A DNA stretch of 64,000 bases from Azolla caroliniana (lineage: Eukaryota; Plantae; Polypodiophyta): positions 12,958,001-13,022,000 of the forward strand of contig JBHGNT010000009.1 of the NCBI GenBank assembly GCA_043228905.1, in the 5' to 3' direction. Shown here piece after piece: positions 36,359-47,415 of this stretch. Position numbers and translations under genes: made by a program. A model generated the notes under the pieces. That model was not told the DNA's origin and did no database searches. It saw only the letters and a program-made list of their open reading frames with translations. The first letter of the stretch is position 1, and every line of letters starts with the position of its first letter.

Positions 36359-39300
36359 TGTTACCGGCCGGCAAGGAGTCCAAAATATGGAGTGAAGGAA
36401 TTAATTAAATATGGTTGGAAATGAGCATAGTGTGGACGGACGGACTGGAAACGGTATGCCGTTCCAGATCCGGACGGATCCCGAATAGGTGCGAGAGGCA
36501 CCGTTTTGTACTACGGGCCGGAAACCTATTTAAAGGCCCGGACCCCATTGTAATGGCAGCGGATAATTAATAGAGCTTATGATGTTTATACTTCTGTCTT
36601 GATTTCCGTTCTGTAATTACTGTTATATCTTACGCGTGTAATTAACCAAAGCATTCTAATCGTGTAACCTACGTAAGTCGGTGTAATCGTTGAATCTTAA
36701 TCCTATGCCGTAATCACCCTTTGGTGAAGTGTCTCCGTGACACCTTGTGTTAGGCCTTGTCCGGCTAAGCGAATAACACAGTTTTGGCGACCACGATTCC
36801 TGCTTTCTCGCAGCGAACGACGGTAATGGATGACCAGACCAACGCACGACTTGGTTATAGACCGAGCTCGACGCCTCGCCGAACGGCAAAGACGGCGTGA
36901 GACTTTCCAGCAAGCAGCGCACGAAATTCGCTCGGATCGTTCGTTCTCCAACGAGATCCGGAGAGTCGCGGAGGAATCCCTTCGGTTACGGCAAACTCGC
37001 GACCAGGACGACGAAAGCAGTCTAAGTAGTCTCCGGGAAACCGAACGCCTCCTCGAGGCGCTGGCAAGCGGAGAAAACGAGGCAGAAGCCTTTTCAGCCT
37101 ACGAATCGGATTCCGAAGGGGGATACAGCGTGCACACGAACTACCGGAGCAGCAACGATACCCCCGGCGGCCCGGAGGACGACGGGTCGGATACCGTGCC
37201 AACTCCAGAACCGGAACCCTTGACGGCACAGAAACATGCCGTTACACAGGAAGAGGAAACGGAGGAGCCAGAAGAGCACCTCCAACGACGGTCAAGAAGT
37301 AGGACCGCCGAGACAGGAGGGGAGCGGTCGTATCCGCGAGAGGCAGAAACGCCCCCAACTCAACCTGAGCAAACCACAAGGGAGGAACCGGAACCGGTGC
37401 GTAGGGAACCGGTTTTGTCGACTTCTATAGAAGAAGTCATTCCAACGGCTCCGGAGACGGCGAGAACCGGAACTCAACAGCCGGCGAGCCCAGCCAGCAC
37501 ACACGGCGGCCAAGGAGTAGAACCAGAACGGGATATGCAGGCACTCAGGCCAGACAATTCCACAGTGAATGAGCCGACCCGACCAGTACAGCAGCAAGGC
37601 ACCAGTAGCATGTGGCTACGGTGGGTAGGCGAGCAAATCGCCGGAGCGGTCGAGTATATAGAGGCGGAAGAGAGAGCGCACCAGGAACGGTTGCTCGTCA
37701 CAACCGTAGATCTAGAGACGGCCCGGTCCAGAATCCGGAGCCTTGAACAAGACTTGGACAGGGTCACAAGGGAAATGGCTCAATTCGCTTTGACAACACA
37801 AGTCCAAGCACCGGTGACTCCGGGCAATGTACAGAATAAAGTGTCAAATCAACCTGTACATAGCAATCAGACCCCGGCAACGGAAACCGTTCCGGAAAGA
37901 AATGCGGCACAAGCCCAAGAGCTTGCGGACTTAAAGGATGAGCTAGCTGCCCAAGAAGCGCTGAGGAGCCGCGAAAGAGAATTGAAGACGGCAGCGGAGG
38001 CAGAACTCAAAAAGACTTCTGAGAATCTACGCCGGGCCGAGGAGAGCTTACGGAAAGGCCACCAAGCGTACGACCGACTCAAGGAGGAAAAGGAGAAAAT
38101 GCTGCAAGAGAAGGACAGGCTCCGGAGGAACGCCGAAACAGAAGTAGAGCGCCTGAAAGAGGAACTCCGGCAGGTAAAGGACCGGGAAGACCGTAACCAT
38201 CGCCAGATCAACGACAAGCTCAAACAAAAAACAGAGGAATTTGAGAACTTGCACCGGGAGTATAAACGGTTGCAAACGGAGCACAAGGAACGGACGGATG
38301 AGCTCCGGCAAGCAGTTGATCGGACCGCAACCGCATTCGCCAAGGAACAAGCGGAAAACAGAAGACGGTTGGAAGAGGCGGAGAAGGTTCGGACAGAGCT
38401 CCTCAGGCAACAGCAGGCGGAAAAAGAAAGAGCGGCGGAGGTACTGCAGAGGCTGCAAACGACATATCAAGGGCAGCTGACGCGCTACAGAGAGCAGGCG
38501 GAGGATACGGCAAACATCATCAAGCAGTTGAAGGAGGAGCGACAAGTGGTGGAAAGCAGAGCGCAAATGGGAGCAAGTCGCATCCAGGATATCATGCGGG
38601 CCTGGTTGAACCAGACCAAGAGCTTGATTGACAACGGTTCTGTCAAATGGTGGACCAAGTGGGCCACGAACGCGGCGGAACTCCAATTGCTCCGGGCCGA
38701 CGTAGAGAACCGGCGGAAGGAGGGAGATGATTGCTATATGCTGACTTCCGAAGACTTCACCGGCATAAGGGATGAGCTTGCCGAAGACTTTCAAGCCTTG
38801 GCAGACGACCAACTAGGGCAAGTCCGGCAACTTGTAGCTCAGCTGGACGACGACAGGCTGGAGGCGCAGATCCAGTTTGAAAGCTACGAGAGGTCCCGGA
38901 TCCGGGGAGAGAAAGAACGAGAACCGGTTACGGTCAACCTCAGTGATGAGGAACCGTTACTGGAAGGAGACCGGACCGGAAGCAGTCAAACGGAGATGCC
39001 GGAGTCAGAGAGACAAACGGAGCAGCCGGAGTCAGCGAAACAAACGGAGCAGCAGCAGCAAGCAGAGCAGCCGGAACAGCCTCAGTCCCAACCGCAACCA
39101 CAGCAGCAACAGCAAGCACAGCCGCAACAACCACAACCGGAAGAATAATTGGAAATTCTGGAACAAACTATTTTGGACAATTTGGGTGAACAATGAAGGG
39201 GCCGAGAAGGGTTCGACGTACAAGGTACTGTCCCACGGGCGTGCCATGTGTTACCGGCCGGCAAGGAGTCCAAAATATGGAGTGAAGGAATTAATTAAAT

Positions 39301-39668
39301 ATGGTTGGAAATGAGCATAGTGTGGACGGACGGACTGGAAACGGTATGCCGTTCCAGATCCGGACGGATCCCGAATAGGTGCGAGAGGCACCGTTTTGTA
39401 CTACGGGCCGGAAACCTATTTAAAGGCCCGGACCCCATTGTAATGGCAGCGGATAATTAATAGAGCTTATGATGTTTATACTTCTGTCTTGATTTCCGTT
39501 CTGTAATTACTGTTATATCTTACGCGTGTAATTAACCAAAGCATTCTAATCGTGTAACCTACGTAAGTCGGTGTAATCGTTGAATCTTAATCCTATGCCG
39601 TAATCACCCTTTGGTGAAGTGTCTCCGTGACACCTTGTGTTAGGCCTTGTCCGGCTAAGCGAATAACA
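36359..39668 (+). mobile_element. Young non-autonomous gypsy-type LTR element (3310 bp) nested in the copia gag/PR region
   Basis: 420-bp LTRs at 36359-36778 and 39249-39668, identical by eye, with TGTTA...TAACA termini and TSD TCGGT. PBS-like TGGCGACCAC at 36785-36794; no PPT. Confidence 0.96.
36830..39148 (+). CDS. 772-aa coiled-coil protein of unknown function, the only ORF of the non-autonomous element
   Basis: Uninterrupted ORF filling the internal region. Long E/K/R/Q-rich heptad segments and a Trp-rich motif (KWWTKWATNAAELQLLRADVENR). Homologs at 62310-63992 and 5573-6133. Confidence 0.85.
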   Translation: MTRPTHDLVIDRARRLAERQRRRETFQQAAHEIRSDRSFSNEIRRVAEESLRLRQTRDQDDESSLSSLRETERLLEALASGENEAEAFSAYESDSEGGYSVHTNYRSSNDTPGGPEDDGSDTVPTPEPEPLTAQKHAVTQEEETEEPEEHLQRRSRSRTAETGGERSYPREAETPPTQPEQTTREEPEPVRREPVLSTSIEEVIPTAPETARTGTQQPASPASTHGGQGVEPERDMQALRPDNSTVNEPTRPVQQQGTSSMWLRWVGEQIAGAVEYIEAEERAHQERLLVTTVDLETARSRIRSLEQDLDRVTREMAQFALTTQVQAPVTPGNVQNKVSNQPVHSNQTPATETVPERNAAQAQELADLKDELAAQEALRSRERELKTAAEAELKKTSENLRRAEESLRKGHQAYDRLKEEKEKMLQEKDRLRRNAETEVERLKEELRQVKDREDRNHRQINDKLKQKTEEFENLHREYKRLQTEHKERTDELRQAVDRTATAFAKEQAENRRRLEEAEKVRTELLRQQQAEKERAAEVLQRLQTTYQGQLTRYREQAEDTANIIKQLKEERQVVESRAQMGASRIQDIMRAWLNQTKSLIDNGSVKWWTKWATNAAELQLLRADVENRRKEGDDCYMLTSEDFTGIRDELAEDFQALADDQLGQVRQLVAQLDDDRLEAQIQFESYERSRIRGEKEREPVTVNLSDEEPLLEGDRTGSSQTEMPESERQTEQPESAKQTEQQQQAEQPEQPQSQPQPQQQQQAQPQQPQPEE

Positions 39669-40990
39669 TCGGTGCTGTCGGTTTCCTTGTCTTTCCAGAA
39701 ATGCCAACAGTTCTTTCGGAAGTGCCCCGGCTTCCCATAGTAGAAGCAAGTGGGCCTTCCCCTTGACTTTGACCGTGTCCCCAACTTTTCCCGATTCTGG
39801 GGATTCCGGTTCCTTTGTCTTCCGCGTTCCGATTCGGTAAGGAGCGCTTTCGAGTCGGAGCTCATATCCTTTTCTTTCCGACGTGCCTCCTCATCTAGCA
39901 AGCTCAACTTGACTCTTGCTAGGGATAACTATTTTCCTTCTGGCCCGGCGTTGCCCAACGTGACAACTAACATCTCCCAGCTATCTGGGAGGGAACCGAG
40001 CAGGAGTAGAGCAAGTACCTCATCGGCGAGAGGTACTTCCAACGATGTGGCCTGGTTTATCAGCCCCTCAAAGGCATTCAAGTGCTCCGCCATACTAGAG
40101 CCATCTTGGTATAGAAGCCTCACTAGCTTTCGAAATACCGAAACCCGATTAACGACATTTTTGTTCTTAAACATAATGCCGATCTTCTCCCAAAGCTCAT
40201 GAGCCTTGCTCTCTTCATTGAAGTTGTTGTACAAGCTCATGTCGATGAAGCACCGAATGTAAGCCGTTGTCTTCATGTGCATCACCTCCCATATCGTGGC
40301 ATCGATCTAGTCCGGTCTCTTGTCCCCGAACTGAACTGGCAACCAAAGATCTTTAACCACGAGCATGTCCCTCATCTTCAACTTCCACACTGAGTAGTTG
40401 GAGCCGGTGAGCTTGAACATGCCGCCAAATGAATCTTCCATTTTCTGTGTCGTTTCGCTCTGATACCAGATTGATACGAAATATCTGGAATATTACCCGG
40501 CCACAACAGAGTCTCAAATCGTGTCGTTTAAAATCGAAAACATCGAGAATGGAAATGGAGGGTAAATACACGTATATGCACACACACACACTGTGAACAA
40601 GAGAGTACTCAAGATGTTAACGTGGAAAATCCTAAGAGGGAAAAACCACGGGAGCCCATAGACTCCAAACTATCACTATGTCGAAGAACACAACAGGAGG
40701 CACAGAGGCAACGACCTTGTGCTCACACTCTTCGCCTGGCGGCGGTTACAACAGAGAGTGCTCATAGCTGCTCTAACACACACACTCTCTCTCTGTACAA
40801 CAGTTACAACAATAACACAAAGAATGACCAACCACTAAACCTGTTTGCCCTAAGTCAAATTTATACTAATATGACTTTCGGGCTATTTACAAATATAGCC
40901 ACAATGGGCTAATAGAAACATATTTACATATATGTCCCTTCGTCTGGTGAGAGGTTCTCACTGGGCCTGCATCATCCGGTTCTCACCGGG

Positions 40991-41010
40991 AACCCTAAAC
41001 CCTAAACCCT
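40991..41010. repeat. Short interstitial plant telomere repeat (CCCTAAA)n at the junction of a ~104-bp duplication inside an LTR
   Basis: aaccctaaaccctaaaccct lies between repeats 40887-40990 and 41010-41113. Confidence 0.8.
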
Positions 41011-43170
41011 TACAAATATAGCCACAATGGGCTCATAGAAACATATTTACATATATGTCCCTTCGTCTGGTGAGAGGTTCTCACCGGGCCTGCATCATCC
41101 GGTTCTCACCGAGTCTTCCGTTGAGGGACCAAAATCCTAACAAAATATAATTTAGGGAAATTGCATTGCCACCCCGTTAATATATTGCCAAATTGTCCAT
41201 GGCTTCAGGTGAGTCGCTCCAAAGAGATGCTTTGATGTGAATATTAGCTTAGATTTTTGAAAGCATACACAAATAAAAGTCACCATGGAGGGGCAATTGG
41301 CTAGCTCGTAGGTCTCAAACTCTCCTACTCCATATAATCGATGAAACCTTACAACCGCATCATAACAATTCCACTTTTGAGTTTGATTTCGAAAATAATT
41401 GCTTAAATGTGACACATGGGTTTCAAAAATTTAATAAAAAAAGATTGTGCTCTTACCTTGTAAATTTATTGTAAGATTGTCCATGGCTTCATAATGGTAA
41501 CTCAAAATTGAGATGTAGGGGTGGTGCAATTGGATACAACATGAGTCTCATAGCATGGAGAAATCTTGAGGTCGAGTTTTCAAAGCTCCTTGTCCCCATA
41601 ATCCATGAAACCTTAACAGCTTATCCAAAACTTGAAATAGTGAGCTTTCAATAGGCACTTTGTCTTCGATAAAAAAAAAAAGAGCTTAAAAGTGAGATTT
41701 TAGTTACAACAATATGACTTCAAGAAGATTACGCAATCACTCTACCAAAAAACTAACTTAGGGAATACGTTGATAGATGTCAAGATGTTGCACGTAGGTC
41801 TCATAACATGGAGAAATACTGAGGTTCGGGAAGATTATGCATTAACTAGGAAGCTTTGCGAAGATTACCCTATCATGCCACGGAAAATTGCAAATATAGT
41901 TTAGGGAGATTGCATTGCCACCCCGTTAATATATTGCCAAATTGTCCATGGCTTCAGCTGAGTAACTAAAAAGAGATGCTTTGATGTGAATATTAGCTTC
42001 GATTTTTGAAAGCATACACAAATCAAAGTCACGATCGAGGGGCAATTGGCTAGCTCGTAGTTCTCAAACTGTCCTACTCCATCTAATCGATGAAACCTTA
42101 CAGCAACATCATAACAATTCCACTTTTGAGTTTGATTTCGAAAATAATAGGTTAAATGTGATACTTGGGTTTCAAAAATTTAGTAAAAAAGATTGCGCTC
42201 TTACCTCGTAAATATAATGTAAGATTGTCCATGGCTTCATAATGGTAACTCAAAATCAATATGTAGGGGTGGTGAAGTTGGCTAGAGCATGGATCTCATA
42301 GCATCGAGAAATCTGGAGGTCGAGTGTTCGAAGCTCATTATCCCCATAATCGATGAGTACCTTACAAGCTTATCCTAAACTTGAACTAGTGCGCTTAGAA
42401 TAGGCACTTTGACTTCGATATAAAAAATAATAGGTTAGAAGGGAGATTATAGTTACAAAAATTTGACTTCAAGAAGATTACGCAATCGCTCTACAAAAAC
42501 ACTAACTTAGGGAATACGTTGATTGATGTCAAGATGTTGCACGTAGGTCTCATAACATGGAGAAATCTTGGGGTTCTCGTACATTATACATTTAACTAGG
42601 AAGCTTTGCAAAGATTACCCTATCATGCCATAAAATATTGCAAATATAGTTAAGGGAGATTGCATTGCCACCCCTTTAATATATTGCAAAATTGTCCATG
42701 GCTTCAGGTCAGTAGCTCCAAAGAGATGCTTTGATGTGAATATTAGCTTAGAGTTTTGACAGCATACACAAATCAAAGTCACGATGGAGGGGCAATTCGC
42801 TAGCTCGTAAGTCTCAAACACGACCACTCCATATACTCGAAGAAACCTTACAACCGCATCACAAATTTGGAAGGCTGACCTAAAAATAGGCGGTTTAATT
42901 CTCTTTTTAAATATAAGAACTTAAAATTGACACATTGGTTTCAAAAGTATGCATTTTACTAGAAAGCTTCAACAATTTGAAATGTGTCACGCCATAAAAT
43001 ATTGCGAATTAGGTTACGAAAGGTCGCATTGCCAGCCGTTAAATATATTGCAAATTTGTCCATGGCTTCAAGTGGGTAGCTCGAAAGCGATGCTTTGATG
43101 TGAAGACTATGCATATTACCTTAGACGTTTGAAAACATTTTGGGTATACATCAATCAAAACCAAGATTGA

Positions 43171-43254
43171 GGGGTGGTGGCGTAGTTGGTTAGCGCGTAG
43201 GTCTCATAGCTTCGAGAAATCCTGAGGTCGAGAGTTCGAAACTCTCTCATCCCA
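43171..43254 (+). tRNA. Elongator tRNA-Met(CAT), 10-nt intron
   Basis: GGGGTGGTGGCGTAGTTGGTTAGCGCGTAGGTCTCATA-gcttcgagaa-ATCCTGAGGTCGAGAGTTCGAAACTCTCTCATCCCA forms a cloverleaf, with upstream TATA-like and CAA motifs. Expression is unknown. Confidence 0.75.
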
Positions 43255-44969
43255 TAAAAAAGGTAATCTGACAACCTTGTCATAAAATTTGAGTGGTTAG
43301 TACAACAATTCTACTTTTGAGTTTGATTTCGAAAATAACTCCTTAAAAGTGACACTTGGGTTTCGAAAATAATTACGCACTCATGCCATTCACCATTGCG
43401 AATTTAGTAAAAAAAGATTGTGCTCTTACCTCGTAAATATATCGATAGATTGTCCATGGTTTCATAATGGTAACTCAAAATCGAGATGTAGGGGTGGTGC
43501 AATTGGATAGAGCATGAGTCTCATAGCATGGAGAAATCTTGAGGTCGAGTTTTCAAAGCTCCTTGTCCCCATAATCCATGAAACCTTACTAGCTTATCCG
43601 AAACTTGAACTAGTGAGCTTTAAATAGGCACCTTGTCTTCGATCAAAAAAGAGAGAGCTTAAAAGTGAGATTTTAGTTACAACAATATGACTTCAAGAAG
43701 ATTACGCAATCACTCTACAAAAAAACTAACGTAGGAAATACGTGGATTGATGTCAAGATGTTGCACGTAGGTCTCATAGCATGGAGAAATACTGAGGTTC
43801 GGGAGGATTATGCATTAACTAAGAAGCTTTGCGAAGATTACCCTATCATGCAATAAAATATTGCAAATATAGTTAAGGGAGATTGCATTGCCACCCCGTT
43901 AGTATATTTCCAAATTGTCCATGGCTTTAGGTGAATAGCTCCAAAGAGATGCTTTGATGTGAATATTAGCTTAGATTTTTGAAAGCATACACAAATCAAA
44001 GTCAAGATGGAGGGGCAATTGGCTAGCTTGTAGGTCTCCAACTCTCTCACTCCATATAATCGATGATACCTTATAGCCACATCATAAACTGGGAAGGGTG
44101 AGCTTAAAATTGGCGGTTTAATTTTCTTTTTAAATATAAGAACTTAAAATTGACACATTGGTTTCAAAAGTATGCATTTTACTAGAAAGCTTCAAGAATT
44201 TGCAATGTGTCACGCCATAAAATATTGCAATATGACTTCAAGAGGATTTTAGTTACAACAATATGACTTCAAGAAGATTACGCAATCACTCTACAGAAAA
44301 ACTAACTTAGGGAATACGTTGATTGATGTGAAGATGTTGCACGTAAGTCTCATAACATGGAGAAATACTAAGGTTCGGGAAGAGTATGCATTAACTAGGA
44401 AGCTTTGCGAAGATTACCCTATCAGGCCATAAAATATTGTAAATATAGTTAAGGGAGATTGCATTGCCATCCCGTTAATATATTGCCAAATTGTCCATGG
44501 CTTCATGTGAATAGGTCCAAAGAGATGCTTTGATGTGAATATTAGCTTAGATTTTTGATAGCATACACAAATCAAAGTCAAGATGGAGGGGCAATTGGCT
44601 AGCATGTAGGTCTCCAACTCTCTCACTCCATATAATCGATGAAACCTTATAGCCGCATCATAAACTGGGAAGGGTGAGCTTAAAATTGGCAGTTTAATTC
44701 TCTTCTTAAATATAAGAACTTAAAATTGGCACATTGGTTTCAAAAGTATGCATTTTACTACAAAGCTTCAAGAATTTGCAAAGTGTCACGCCATAAAATA
44801 TTGCAAATTTAGTTACGAAAGATCGCATTGCCATCCCTTAGATATATTGCAAATTTGTCCATGGCTTTAGGTGGGTAGCTGGAAAGCGATGCTTTGATGT
44901 GAAGACTATGCATATTACCTTAGACGTTTGAAAATATTTTGGGTATACATCAATCAAAACCAAGATTGA

Positions 44970-45053
44970 GGGGTGGTGGCGTAGTTGGTTAGCGCGTAGG
45001 TCTCATAGCTTCGAGAAATCCTGAGGTCGAGAGTTCGAAACTCTCTCACCCCA
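44970..45053 (+). tRNA. Elongator tRNA-Met(CAT), 10-nt intron
   Basis: Intact acceptor stem GGGGTGG/TCACCCC, CAT anticodon and GTTCGAAAC B box. Confidence 0.8.
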
Positions 45054-45845
45054 TAAAAAAGGTAACCTTACAACCTTGTCATAAAATTTGAGTGGTTAGT
45101 ACAACAATTCTACTTTTGAGTTTGATTTCGAAAATAACTGCTTAAAATTGACACTTGGGTTTCGAAAATAATTATGCACTCATGCCATTAACCATTGCGA
45201 ATTTAGTAAGAAAAGATTGTGCTCTTACCTCGTAAATATATCGATAGATTGTCCATGGTTTTATAATGGTAACTCAAAATCGAGATGTAGGGGTGGTGCA
45301 ATTGGATAGAGCATGAGTCTCATAGCATGGAGAAATCTTGAGGTCGAGTTTTCAAAGCTCCTTGTCCCCATAATCCATGAAACCTTACTAGCTTATCCGA
45401 AACTTGAACAAGTGAGCTTTAAACAGGCACCTTGTCTTCGATAAAAAAAAAGAGAGCTTAAAAGTGAGATTTTAGTTTCAACAATATGACTTCAAGAAGA
45501 TTACGCAATTACTCTACAAAAAAACTAACTTAGGGAATACGTTGATTGATGTCAACATATTGCACGTAGGTCTCATAACATGGAGAAATAAGAACTTAAA
45601 ATTGACACATTGGTCTCAAAAGTATGCATTTTACTAGAAAGCTTCAAGAATTTGCAAAGTGTCACGCCATAATATATTGCAAATTTAGTTACGAAAGATC
45701 GCATTGCCATCCCTTAGATATATTGCAAATTTGTCCATGGCTTTAGGTGGGTAGCTCGAAAGCCATGCTTTGATGTGAAGACTATGCATATTACCTTAGA
45801 CGTTTGAAAATATTTTGGGTATACATCAATCAAAACCAAGATTGA

Positions 45846-45928
45846 GGGGTGGTGGCGTAGTTGGTTAGCGCGTAGGTCTCATAGTTCGAGAAATCCTGAG
45901 GTCGAGAGTTCGAAACTCTCTCACCCCA
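45846..45928 (+). tRNA. Elongator tRNA-Met(CAT), 9-nt intron variant
   Basis: Exons match 44970; intron is gttcgagaa. The 3' flank is cut by the inversion. Confidence 0.7.
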
Positions 45929-46911
45929 TAAAAAGAGAATTATTTCCCAGTTTATGATGCGGCTATAAGGTGTCATCGATTATATGGAGTGAGAGAGTTG
46001 GAGACCTACAAGCTAGCCAATTGCCCCTCCATCTTGACTTTGATTTGTGTATGCTTTCAAAAATCGAAGCTAATATTCACATCAAAGCATCTCTTTGGAG
46101 CTATTCACCTAAAGCCATGGACAATTTGGAAATATATTAACGGGGTGGCAATGCAATCTCCCTTAACTATATTTGCAATATTTTATAGCATGATAGGGTA
46201 ATCTTCGCAAAGCTTCCTAGTTAATGCATAATCCTCCCGAACCTCAGTATTTCTCCATGTTATGAGACCTACGTGCAACATCCTGGCAGCAATCAACGTA
46301 TTCCCTATGTTAGTTTTTTTGTAGAGTGATCTCGTAATCTTCTTGATTTGTGTACGCTTTCAAAAATCTAAGCTAATATTGACATTAAAGCATCTCTTTG
46401 GAGCTATTTACCTAAAGCCATGGACCATTTGGAAATATATTAACGGGGTGGCAATGCAATCTCCCTTAACTCAAAATCGAGATGTAGGGGTGGTGCAATT
46501 GGATAGAGCATGAGTCTCATAGCATGGAGAAATCTTGAGGTAGAGTTTTCAAAGCTCCTTGTCCCCATAATCCAGGAAACCTTACTAGCTTATCCGAAAC
46601 TTGAACTAGTGAGCTTTAAATAGGCACCTTGTCTTCGATAAAAAAAGAGAGAGCTTAAAAGTGAGATTTTAGTTACAACAATATGACTTCAAGAAGATTA
46701 CGCAATCACTCTACAAAAAAACTAACTTAGGGAATACGTTGATTGATGTCAAGATGTTGCACGTAGGTTTCATAACATGGAGAAATACTGAGGTTCGGGA
46801 GGATTATGCATTAACTAGGAAGCTTTGCGAAGATTACCCTATCATGCCATAAAGTATTGCAAATATAGTTAAGGGAGATTGCATTCCCACCCCCTTAATA
46901 TATTGCCAAAT

Positions 46912-47341
46912 TGTGAGTTCTAGACCGTGAGGTCAATACAAGGAGTGCGAACGGTATACAATCGGTGGGTGAATGTGAGATTAAGAGTGAGAATTATAGA
47001 GAGAGAGAGAGAGAGAGAGAGAGATATGCACAAAGAATTGTGAGTTCTAGACCGTGAGGTCAATACAAGGAGTGCGAACGGTATACAATTGGTGGGTGAA
47101 TGTGAGATTAAGAGTGAGAATTAGAGAGAGAGAGAGAGAGATATATGTACAAAGTTTAGAGAGAGAGAAATAGACTAAAGACTAATTCATATTAAGAAAC
47201 TTAAAAAGTAATACAAAGAAATGGTCGATGTGGCAAACTAGTTTCGCTCCTACGGAGCTCATCAGTGCACAAGACCATTTAGAATTGGAGGGGTTTATAT
47301 AGGGAAGATAAGGATGTGTGTGTGTGTGTGTGTGTGTGTGC

Positions 47342-47415
<74 letters not shown>

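Larger units (their letters stand above)
32519..41142 (-). mobile_element. Full-length but degenerate Tork-like copia element inserted in the satellite
   Basis: LTRs at 32519-33066 and 40472-41142, TSD AAATA, PBS TGGTATCAGAGC at 40468-40457, PPT agggggagtt. Gag (LTGSNYSVWK), PR (WVVDSGASFH), INT (LVHTDVC), RT and RNase H motifs carry stops. Confidence 0.95.

Noticed and set aside
36830-39148. Host myosin/SMC-like gene
   Set aside because: It is intronless, bounded by identical LTRs with a TSD, lacks an ATPase motif and has homologs only in other elements in this window.
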